DNA of 64,000 bases from Albugo candida (Eukaryota), in contig JBDOQK010000002.1 of assembly GCA_040437565.1 (NCBI GenBank), forward strand, positions 1-64,000. The letters run 5' to 3'. Below the pieces are notes generated by a model. It saw nothing but the letters and a program-made list of their open reading frames with translations, made no database searches and had not been told where the DNA came from. This document shows, in pieces, positions 1 to 11,620 of the stretch. The translations under genes were made by a program, and so were the position numbers. How positions within the stretch are numbered: position 1 is the stretch's first letter; each line of letters starts with the position of its first letter.

Positions 1-515
1 GATGCTTTGCGCTAACTGTTGTACGCACCATAGTTTGAAATTGTGGGCTCAACATCGTCGATAAAATTGCGAAGGCTCTCATGTCGTTTACTTTCCACTC
101 CGCTAATTCGATGGTATCTTCTGTTGGTGAAGCTTTGGAACTATCGACATGACTCAATAAATTCTTCTTCGCCAACTTTATTCTCGCATTAAACTCCCAG
201 TAAAAGTAGTTATCTACGCGCAAAATGTTGTTGTTCATTTCCATAGCTGATGTTGGGCTCATAACCTGATAAGTCTTGTGTGCAAAGAAGAAAATATGAA
301 AGTAAGATTAAGATCAAGGTCCTTAGTTCACTATTAGCTAATCTAAGCCTTATTCCAACTATTCTTTGAAGTAATATTACCAACGTTACTTACGTTTGTA
401 ACATGAGTCACATTAGTAAATTCGTGTTTTATGAGCAAGAACTTCCCTGAATGCTCTCAGAGAATTCTTCTAAATGTCGTGACTCTGCATAGAGTCAGGA
501 TTGTTTTGCGTAACA
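1..515 (-). mobile_element. Ty1/Copia LTR retrotransposon, 5' end: LTR 267-515, PBS 254-266, gag start at 262 running off the window
   Basis: Minus strand reads TGTTA...TATCA (249-bp LTR) then GGTTATGAGCCCA, a copia-type primer binding site containing the ATG. The ORF MSPTSAMEMNNNILRVDNYFYWEFNARIKLAKKNLLSHV...WKVNDMRAFAILSTMLSPQFQTMVRT resembles the copia gag N-terminus. The LTR outer boundary is inferred from TG...CA ends only, as the second LTR is outside the window. Confidence 0.85.
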
Positions 516-539
516 CCCTTAACCCTTAACCCTTAACCC
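516..539. repeat. Telomere-like heptamer array (CCCTTAA)x3 plus CCC
   Basis: cccttaa cccttaa cccttaa ccc directly abuts the inferred LTR end. It reads TTAAGGG on the minus strand, one mismatch from TTTAGGG. Confidence 0.7.
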
Positions 540-1429
540 AATCACCCCCAACGTAAAAAATAAGCGCTAAATTCATGAAATGGATACCTTAGACATTCCG
601 TACGCTATCCGCCAGTTACGCCTGCGCGTGTATACGCTTTCTTGAAGCTACAAGATACCCCGAAAATAGCGAAGTGAAGGATTCATCCATGGTAAAAGAA
701 GCCAGTGATCGGATAGAACATCCTGGTGGTGTCCTTCCATCAATTCCACTAACAAAAATGTCAAAATACAATCAAAAAAGCTTCATGTTGGCACCGCACT
801 ATTTCATCTGTCACTGTCGGTATATACAACCACTTCGTCGATAAGTTACTACCTGCTTTGGATTCGTTTTTCTCCCAAGAAAGTACAATACAATACCGTA
901 GCCAGCAGGAAGATGGCTTCAGGCAATAACGAGCCTGCGGATGAGTCGGCGTCGTTTCCTTGCGTCCCACTCCCGGTTCCTTTTTAGTGTAACCCCCGCT
1001 TCGTCAACTGCATCGAGTTGGACAGCTTTGACTGATTCGTAGACAACTTCGGTTGGTCAAATTTCGCCTTCAATCTCCTTGGTCGAGTTCTCTGTCTTCT
1101 TTTTGCTTAGACTCGTTTCCAATGGTCTGATCGGAACGGTCTGGTCCTTATCATCGGACGAGAATATCACGAACACATCGAAGGGGCTAGTGGAGGAGTT
1201 GGTTCGGAGCACTACGCTCGAGAAAAATTGGTCGTACGTTTATCAAGTTCCAGATTGCTAAGTATTGATACTACAGCATACTATTATTACTTACACGTAT
1301 GCTACGATGCAAGATTCACACTCTTCAATTTGAGATTTTTGCCGACAACAACGTTGTATCAACAAAATTCGCTTTTTCGGCAACAAGATGAAGCTCAAAT
1401 ACAGATATACTCTTTGTCCTCTCATTAAT

Positions 1430-2165
1430 TACGAAAACCAGCTCATCAGATTAATAAATGAACAGATATACATAGTAGCGTAATTACAGAAAACAAAGGA
1501 AAAAATAAGAGAATAACGTAATAACGAAAAAAGAAAATTCCAGATAGCCCAATCACAGAGTACCATAGTGACTAGTATCGTAGTAACGTAGTAACGCAGT
1601 AACAAATTGACATATTGACATATTGACATATTGACATATTGACATATTGACATGTTGACATATTAGCATACTGACAACTTGACATACTGATGTATCGACA
1701 AGTTGACAGATTGACAAAATAGACAAATTCACAGAGTGACAGAGTGACAGAATTACAAACTGACAAAATAGACAAATTGGCAGACTGACCAATTGACTTG
1801 ATAGATTCATAGATTGACAAAATTGAAATACTGACAACCTGAGAAATTATTACAGCGGATAGACGGATACAACGATAATTACTTAGCATATAGACAGGTG
1901 AACAGATGAACAAATCAACCGAGTGACAGATAGACAGAGTAACACCGTAACAGGGTAACATAGAAATGGATCAACAGATCAACAGATCGACAGATCAACA
2001 GCTTAAATCATAACTATTACAACAGATAGATACATAAACAGTCAACCATATCAACAGATTAGCAGAATCGATTACATATAACAGAGGAACAAACCCTATG
2101 ATAGATAAACAGAGTGTAACAGATCAACAATCAACATATTCACAGCTTAAGGATTGATCGGTTGA
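1430..2165. repeat. A-rich strand-asymmetric low-complexity tract containing (TTGACATA)x7 at 1607-1662
   Basis: Successive blocks of GTAAC, TTGACATA, GACAAA, ACAGA and ATCAACAG-type motifs. The overlapping MSICQYVN ORFs are translations of the repeat. Confidence 0.85.
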
Positions 2166-5049
2166 TAGAAAAACAGCACGAGCCAGTTCCAGCGTTGTAC
2201 ATTGGTCAAATCCGTTCCACTATATGTAAATTGTAGCTCTTAGTCAAGCTCGTGATCAAAGAAAATCCAGCATCCACTAACACACTCGTGCATCGCTACG
2301 TTGTTCAAATACAGTCGTGAGATGAAGCCTGTACGATTCGAACAAATATCGATACTGTCATGCAAAATTGTAGAGATCACTGCTGAGAGAAGCCAGTACA
2401 ATATAGGACCGACCGAACAAAGTCCATAGCATGTTGCCTCTTTACTTCAACCATCATTGGCAATGAGCGTACGGCGTTTCAAACGCCCAAAACCGCAACG
2501 AAGTGTTTTATCTCGTCGAAATGCTGGATTACGATTCCCAGAAGCGCTTGGTCAAGCTTGAATAGGCCTTTAAATTATAGAATGCTCTCGTTAGTAAAAG
2601 TCTCGAACCTGGTGACATTTTGGCACGATTCGGATTGAATCCCTGCAGGATCACACTAAGCTTGTTCTAAGTTGGATGACAATCGAATTTCGTATTACTT
2701 GGACTTTTTGCTCGACCCCGTCAATGTCATTTTTGTGATTCGCTTGCAAATCAATTTTAAATCATCGCAAAATATCGCAATGGCGGTCAAAATTGGCGAC
2801 ACGAGTCAATTCGAATCCGTGAAGACGCGCTTTTCTGTTTCTGCAAAAGTAAAAGATGAGCATGACGAGTAGCTGGAAAGAACGCTACTCTCCATCGGCT
2901 GATTTCGCTGTTGAAATTCACCGTCGAATCGCTGCATGAGAGCGTGACTCATCGAAAAGGACTTCCTACTCGCTTTTCTATCGCTATTACGATTACCCAT
3001 GAAATTCTTTCCAGCAGCAAATACGATAAAATGAGTATGTTGTATGGCGCCAACATTGATGACGAAGATGTGCACGAAGCCCTACTCAGTTGAAACTTCT
3101 GATTTTTACAAGCTACTATAAGATCATTGAACTCTTGCTGTTTCTAAAGCAACAAGGACGATATAGACAAGCCCTACAGCTTATGAACTCTCAGCTTGTG
3201 GAAAGAGAGTTCTCAGAACAGAAAAAAACAATTTGAACGAAGGAATACGCCCATTTGATATCACTTCCATTACACTCAGACTATGTCCTCATATTTTTCT
3301 TCTTGCCGTATAGTGACAGAAGCGATTGCAGAGACCTCATACAATTACAAAAAGATGTATTACGCACTTCAAGCTGCTTTTTCCGGTCATTGGGCGCTCT
3401 TTTCATCCCAGTTGTAGTATCGACTCGTCTGAAGCAGGCACAAATCTCCGATTTTTGTAACATTTCACAGACTTATACGTGCAAGGAACGAATGCGTTAG
3501 CCTTCATTTCGATGGAAGTGGATATTTTGAACCAATGAAGACGAGCTTGTTGTGTATCAATTCCTCTGCAGGTTGATTATAGGAGTCTCGGCTGCAGTAT
3601 TTGGTAATTCTGTCGACGACATGAATCCCTCTTTAAAGGATCGCTCGGAACGTCTCACAGCATGCATCCAAGTGAGCCAAGTTTTACATAGAATATTCGC
3701 ATTGTAGCTTGGATTTTAGAGTGTTAAGGGATGCTTCCGTCCCTTCTCTCCTATAAATGATTTCCGACGCTGTTGCCCGACCTCTCATTCACTGCGTATC
3801 ATTCCCAATTGTAATAAGATACGCTTTTTATCATCTAAGACGTCTGCTTCTTACTTGAAATCGAAGATAGTTTTTAGTGAGTCTAGCGCTCGTCATTATC
3901 GCAGAGGCAGCCTTATTAGATGCGGGCGATCTATCCGCTCAGACCGTTTCTGAGGCTTCGCGCATGGTGGAGACAACATGGAACGAATCAGCTCTACACA
4001 ACAATGCTTACACCGCATGAAATCGGTAGAATGCTTGTGTGCTTTCTAGAAAATGTTTTGGAATGAAGGAAGATAATTGAGCCACTCAATAACACAGCTT
4101 TATTTCGTTTGTGACTCATCTAATGTTAAAGAAAATGCAAAAGATTGATATGAACGAGAGACAAGATATTTGGACGTCATTACTGTAGTTTTCAGGAGCG
4201 ATTGTGATCCTTGAAAGTTGATACAAATCGCGGAAAAATTCGAACAAGTAGTCCTTGGCATACGGAACATATCCAACTTCGATGCTCAATCAACGCATAT
4301 CAGACGAGCTCACAAATGCGCTTCCAAGTAGGTACCATTCTTCGTCCTTGTGAACATCAGAGTGTTTAGCTCGATGTGTTAAAGGCTCCAAATTTGATTC
4401 CACCCATGAGTTTTATCCTTTGCTGAATCACCAGGAAAATAACCTTGATTTAGACGAGCTGCTGCTGCTGTACCTATGACCGGAGCCTTGTATTAGTCCG
4501 ATTTTGGTCCGTGTCTTCTTGAGTATCTAGGAGAAGGATTTATCTGGAGAAGCTCGTAATAGATTTGATGGACCAATGAAATTGTGTCCGGATGTATTCA
4601 TTGAAAATTTATCCGTGTCAAAAAATGAAATCGAGCAATCTTCGTGACAATATTATTATAAAATAATTGATATTTTGAATCATGAGCCGTCCGAACGCTA
4701 CACTAAATATTGCATTATTTATGGTCTCTGGTGTCGAAATTGGTTTTGCTCGCGAGCGTCAAATATTATTACGTCACAAATTCACCGCAGATTATTCCGA
4801 GATTTTTCACATTGTATCGAACCATGGAAGATGCATTCTCATGCAATTGATTCAAATTACTTAGGTTTTGCTTTGGCTCTCGCCATCATTGGATCCAATC
4901 ACGATGTATTGGACACTGAACCATGGTGACAAAGCGCTGACAAGACAACGCGCTCGTCTTGTGACATCGTCTCTTGCGTTTGTACACCGCGATTACACCA
5001 TGCTGTTTCGTGTCACACCGCCAAAAGAGCCATTAAATGTCATCCAAAG

Positions 5050-5382
5050 CGCCCATACCTATGCGAAAGCTTATTGGTGGTTTTTACTCGATAATTTCAC
5101 CGCCAGTCGCATAAGAAGTCAAACTTGTCATCACTGTATTGATGAAAATACACCGTATTATCGACGCAGGAACAAAACCTCGCCCAGAAACTATCTAAAA
5201 GCTACTGCTACAGCCTCGATAAAAGCCAAATTCACTTCCGTGATGATTGAGAAGCAGCCAGATGCGTTTTCGCGGCACATTTACACGTATGAGCAGGGTA
5301 TGAATGTTGTAGTTGCTACGCTGAAGAGATTTGAGACTTCACACGACGAACGCGAACGACAAATCTTCCTTGGTATGATACA
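5050..5382 (+). pseudogene. Possible degenerate secreted-protein relic with a CHxC-like motif
   Basis: A hydrophobic stretch (LLVVF/WWFLL, frameshifted) precedes SQTCHHCIDENT. It lacks the Gly of the CX2CX5G effector motif and is truncated by an N gap. Confidence 0.25.
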
Positions 5383-8300
5383 NNNNNNNNNNNNNNNNNN
5401 NNNNNNNNNNNNNNNNNNNNNNNNNNNNNNNNNNNNNNNNNNNNNNNNNNNNNNNNNNNNNNNNNNNNNNNNNNNNNNNNNNATCTCGTGCATACATTGC
5501 TAGAAATCAGGCGTCATGTGATTCACTATCTTGGCTCCAGATCGGAAGGAGATGCAAATAGACGTTCACCAGGTGATGTGACTTCCAAGGAAACTTTCAA
5601 AGTCGTTCGACTCACGGAAACCTTAGCGACGAGAAGGTTGACGACAGTTATGATAGCCACACCATTCAACACGATTCAGTTTAGTCGAGACAAAAACGTG
5701 GACGTCAGATGGCATGTTATTGTATCACAAATTGGTGTCTCAAACAAACCCATCCCATCAGCTGCTTCAGTTCCACTACCTCCGATGATTGTTGCTCACA
5801 TTCAATAAAACGTTTGCCTGACGAAAGTGAAGTACTGACACAACCTCACGAAGGTTTCAAAAATAGATTATCCTTGATCGTCAACATGTCGATTTCGAAT
5901 CTGGAAGCAAAAACTCCCCTTATGCGAAAAATACTGGTAGATAACGTTTACCCGTGGATGGCCAATTACCTTGTCATTAAACTTATTTCGACACAGCCAA
6001 CCTGTCAAACTTTTTTTTTATCTCATATTCATTGATAATGTGATGCAGCCGGAACTCGAGAAAGACATATTGGGAAGCGCTTAAATAAACACCCGCAAAC
6101 TCATCACTTCGGCATACATCACGACAAATTCCGAACAAAGATCCCTGCTCAAAATCTGGGTTTAGGGCTTGGTTTGTTTACGCTTTCGCGTGATAATCAC
6201 TGCCCAAGTTTGAATTGGATCTCAAGGATCTGCTGTAAGTCAGATATGAAACGGGTATTTGGTTGCGGTCGCTCCATTTGTTGCCATGGTCTTGCAAGGA
6301 TGTGAAAAGTACAAGATTCTCAAGCCTCCATATTTATGGGTAATGGGTTTGAGACATGCCATGTGTGAAATCTATGAAACCCGGATCTGAAGGTATATTT
6401 GAAATTGAAGCTCGAAATGCTATTCAAACCGTTCAGACTGAATGTAGAGGAACAATGCAAAGCTGGATCGCTTGAAACGCAACTGACACCATCTCAACGC
6501 GGAAAGTGAAAACGAGTAAATCACTTTGATCTGTGGCACCAGCCCCAAGCCAAAATCTAGTGAACAAACCAGCACTTACAAGCTCTACAACTTCTTCGAA
6601 TATTAAAATCAAGCAAGTTTAGTGAAGCAAGTCCGCCGGCAAATCAAGACACCTCCAATGACGCTTCTGGATCACCAGACAGTTCAACGGTGTCTGAGTT
6701 AGCTGTTTAAATCTAATCTCGCCAGGAGTAGGCAATCCCGATCTTCCTCTGTCAGATGTCAATTTGAAGCAATTACTCCCTTTGGCAGTCGCTTGAGCTA
6801 TTCGCCATGTTGTATCGTTCGTTGTGAAATGGAGTGGAACGATTGCGTGTATCAAACGAGAGAAATCATTTTAGAAGCTTCTGCGATCGAATTGACGATG
6901 CGAAAATGCCTAAAGCAGCTCAGTTGATGCTAGCTGGCATGTTAGGATCATAGCGCTATTAACAGCCAAAGAGCCTCTACGAACCCCATCGGATCACATT
7001 TACATTCGTTGGTTCCCCGTTCGATTGGATAAGAAGAACAGATTGAGCACATGATATAAGTTTTCTCAACGAGAATACAGATTTGAAATGCATGCTGATC
7101 GAGAAGGCTTCTCCGGAGAAATCGATACGGGATATTGACGAAGAACTTTTGGTAGTGTAAGCATGTCGTCTACGATATAACCAGCAACGAAAAGGCAAAG
7201 TCAGGAATATCGTCGCCTATTTTCACGGATCTTCTCAACAAAGCTCTATTATGTTCCAGAAACATGTCGACTAATACCTGAAGGCATTCCCCCCTCAATG
7301 CTTATGGTGTATGAAGCTTTTTAACGCATCCCACGACCGACATCCATGCCTGTATCGAGAGCATGATATGTCTAGTGACTGGAGCATTTCCACGTTGTGG
7401 AAGAATTGATCCAAGTGCTAATAAGAGGTTGCTGCGCTCATGGTTGCAGTAACATTGGAGCATGTTGGAGGACTAGTGGAGAAAGAAGTGCTATTTCTAC
7501 AGAATGTCGTTCATCAATCCGGAAACAGAAAAACACGTAAGATGCGTTCATTTCATCCAATTACAGCAGAAACGAAATTTTTAGCATCATTCGTGAATTC
7601 TGGGTGATTGTTAATGCTTTTACACCTTCTTTTGAAGAGAAAGCCATGTTGAAAAATGCAAAACAGATTTTCAAGCATTCTTGTGAGCTATATATACGCT
7701 CTTTGTATCAATCCAGACAAGGTGAAGAAAGCATCAGTGGAGTGGGTAGTGCGTAAGTCTATCGACAACAACCCGAAGAAGCATTCTGATATCATTTTGG
7801 CGCTTGACCGATTCAAAGTGGTCGCAATGTCTGAATAGATGCGTATCTCACTCGCAATATGGACCGAAACTGTGTGGCCATTGAATTTGTTGTTCACGGT
7901 ATTCGACGGTGTCTGGCAATGGACCTTGTCAAATTGGCGACTCAGTTGCCGGGGACTTTGTATACGTTGACTCGTATTGATTAACGTCATGCAAACCCAA
8001 CGAATTGGAATCTTCCGATCCTATCCTCGTTGATTTAGTAAGCCAAAAGCAATAATTTCACGACGCGTTCTGCAAAGATCGGCGGTGTTGTTGCCAAAAA
8101 TGCCGAGAAGAAAAAGGCGGCGGAGGGAAGGCTGTGGATCTATGCTCTGTATAACAACTGACTGCATGCAAGTACACATTTACTTAGGCCATCGAACATA
8201 GTATTACAATCTATAAGCATTCCACACGAACCATACATGGATTGGACCATTTTTCCAACTTAACAACTTTCTCAACTTTACAGCATTTACAAGCTGGACA

Positions 8301-11300
8301 CAGTCTCGTATTAAGGGTGCTGAGGCTACTACGATACGAGATTATCAACGGGACGAGATTTTATCATCTCTCACAGGTATTTCACGAAACGTTTTTTATA
8401 TGCATATATGTTATTTAAGATAGCCTAGGCAACTAGAGAAGTCAGTTTGTCTAATTCTAGTAATATAGACACCTTCAACCGAACCATACATGGAAGTGCA
8501 ACACATTCAGATGCTGCGTAAATGCGGGTTCATGAATCAATTACGGTCTGGAGCTATGCGTGGATGCTTGTGTCAAAAACACTCACATTTTAGGGAGATT
8601 AGCTGTGTTGCCACAAATGCACGAGTTATGCGCACTACCGTGATCAGATTGATGGTCTCGCTCTTCATTTGAATCATTCCGATACCAACGGGAAGCAGCG
8701 TCAGCCTTGGATGTGTGCGACATACCTATCAGCACCGATCGATTCCGTAATTCACAGCACTCGTAGTCAAAATCACTTTCTTTCGTTTGAACTAGTTTAC
8801 GTTTTGATATCTTTTCGGTCAATTACGACTTCAATTTTGCATTGCCAGGATTCCGTGTGCTGGGGCAGTGAAAATGAATACTCGTATGCTGAAGCCAAGA
8901 ATCGAGCGTATGTGATCCCTTGTAGCCCATTATCACCTTACTCCTGGGTCACTAATGCATCCTGACGTGGTAATGAGCTGAGAGAATCGTTTTGATATCG
9001 AACATTCTAATCTTCCAACCTCCACATACCCTATTCCAATCTTATTAAGGGTAATACAGCGGTATCTGGCTGCTTGATTTATAATAATCGGATGATGTGG
9101 GTGCAATAGAAAAGACCCAGAGAAATGCTATAGTGAGAAAAGCCTCTGAATGCCAGTTTTATAAGCGATGCGCCATTGAAGCTGATTAACGCCACAACAT
9201 TGTGTAATATTTTTACCCTGTCCAAGTACACATGTGTGAATGCTTGCTGGTTGCGTAAAAGCTTCAAAATATCATTTGGCTGATGTCGTACTTTACATGC
9301 GGCAGTTATCACCGTAAGAAAAGCTTGGCTTAATTCAGAATCAACCACCGTAGTCATCGAATTAATGGATATTATTCGTGGCGTCCTGATGTACCAAGGA
9401 GACAACGTAAATCAATGACTCTAGCACGACTGTTGAGGAGCACCCTACTTCCATAAATATCACAACGAAAACATCACGTAGCATTTTGACCGTAACGCGT
9501 GCTGTCTATATACAACTTCGTTGGATGCAACATCTTGGTCACTCGTTTCGATGCGATCTACTGAGACTCTTCTACGAGTGTAGATCACCACATGTTCGGA
9601 AAATTCCTATGAAGGAAGGATAATTCTGATGAATGTGTCGAATTAAATACAAGTTCAATAATCAGAGATTTGAGATGCCATACGCTCCGCATATCCACAG
9701 TTGAGCTCTTCTATGCGATGTAATATCACCAAAAGTATCTCGTGTTTTTTCAGTGGTACTTGTAAAATCCTGGAGATTCCTGTATTCTTATGGAAGATAC
9801 GCTCTTCCATATTTCCAAGTCTGAATCATGCATTTTGGGTATATTTGTGGTATCATAAGCAATTCTGTTGCCAAACTTGCCAAGTGTTGAACGAGTTGAA
9901 TCGAACATGCATACCTATTTCATATCGCAAGCATTCTGATAGTATATGCTTCCTTCTCCATTTCCATACTATGCTAAAGGAGATAACGTTCCGATCCGAA
10001 TCTCTAGAACTTCCTTCAGGGTGATTTACAATTTACAGCCTCGTTCTGAGTTTATTAAAGAACCTGAGGAAAAGTGCTGAGATAAGAGTTACTATGGCGT
10101 AAAATCCATACCTTCTGATGTTTAGAGGACATGAATAATGAAAACAATATGAGCTTGAGAACTTGATGTCAGTAGGTAGTACTTCAATGTGAGTGGCTTA
10201 ACAATCGAGTAAACGTGGGACATGTATACATGGTCGTAAGCGCAAGCAGGAGTTAAGATCTCATTCTTGTCCCAAACTTGCGCAATTTTTCAGCAAACCA
10301 GTACGCTTTCAGGTCCAATACGGGCAAAATTTAGGCTTCCTCTTTTCATCAGTACTTTGGTAGCCCGTGAAGTGTATACTGCGTGGTATGTACAATGAAT
10401 TGCCTTCGTTTACTACTACCGCGCTTTTGAGATCCACGGTAAAAATACACAGATAGCTGGCGCTTTTTTTTATATCAAGACACCGTAATAGTGCCTACAA
10501 CGATCGTAGATAAGGCAATCCTGAGCAAATGCTTCGCGTATGCTGCAAATGCCAGAATAAAGATGGGGACACTTCCTAGACAATGTCTGTCGTTGAATTA
10601 ACCTTCTTACTTCGCGCCATTCAAACCGAGGCCATTCTCAGCCATTTTTTAGATCCAAAGCGCGCAATATGAGTGTAGTTTAACAGATGTGTCTAAGGCT
10701 GTTTTTCTCTTTTCTTTCGATCTCGCGACATCGTCAGTTAAAAAAATACTTCGCGTACTTTTCGTCGTCTTCTTCTGCCTTGTTTAGCTCCGGAATGTCG
10801 AAGAAAGCCATGAATTTTGCTTTACTACCATTGCAAAGATTTTATCGGGTAACGCAGAGAAACTGCGTTGACATCATCTGATATGATCTTTTCTCAATCC
10901 GAGTCCGCAGAAACCCGTTTTATTAAAGCATCACTATAAACCACAATCATAGAAAATGGCTGAATATCGCGATTGAATCAATTCTACCTGGGAGCGATGG
11001 TATCTCGACCCGACCCCAAGTCTCAGTGGACTCTTAACAATCGGCGTTGCTTCGCTATGAGATCCGCATTTGCAATCTATCCGCACACGAAGTGGCCAAG
11101 CTTGATGGACAATAGTTTCGAGGTTGCCGATGGTCTTGTGGCCGCTTCATTGCCACGCCATAATGACCCAAATCATGCAGAGTCATTCTTCACTCTTTAT
11201 GTTTTGTGCCACTATCCTTCTTTACATCAAGTGATCTTGTTAATTAGGATCTTGAATCCGGACCAATTTGTGTGCGATGGAATCATTGCGTCGCATTTTT

Positions 11301-11620
11301 ATCTCTTCATAAAGATTCACCGTTTTCAGCGTCAATGTCATGCAATGCTCCGAAACAAAAGTGATAGAAGCGACAGGATGAAGAAGTGTGCATGATTACG
11401 GGGGACAGCTTGTTGGGTGATGCACTTGCCACGTTTACAGCGCCAGCGCGGAGGATAAATAGAACGGTTCAAAGACTACTGAGAAAGAAGAACCGAATGG
11501 ATGCCACAGTCGTTTATGTATCAAGTAGCACTGCAATGTATAGGACTCTGTATGTAACGCGATTCAACGACCGAACGGTTGTAGAAATGAGCTGTGTGGC
11601 ACGTTAAATTAGTTTTTACC

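Noticed and set aside
1607..1662. CRISPR-like or iteron-like array
   Set aside because: Contiguous 8-mers with no spacers, eukaryotic context and no cas genes.
1429..1961. Minus-strand ORFs with MSICQYVN repeats
   Set aside because: They are translations of the 8-bp tandem repeat appearing in several frames.
10270..11400. Minus-strand coding-like relic with a signal-peptide-like start
   Set aside because: Too degraded to assign; weak PX, F-box and thioredoxin-like impressions conflicted with one another.
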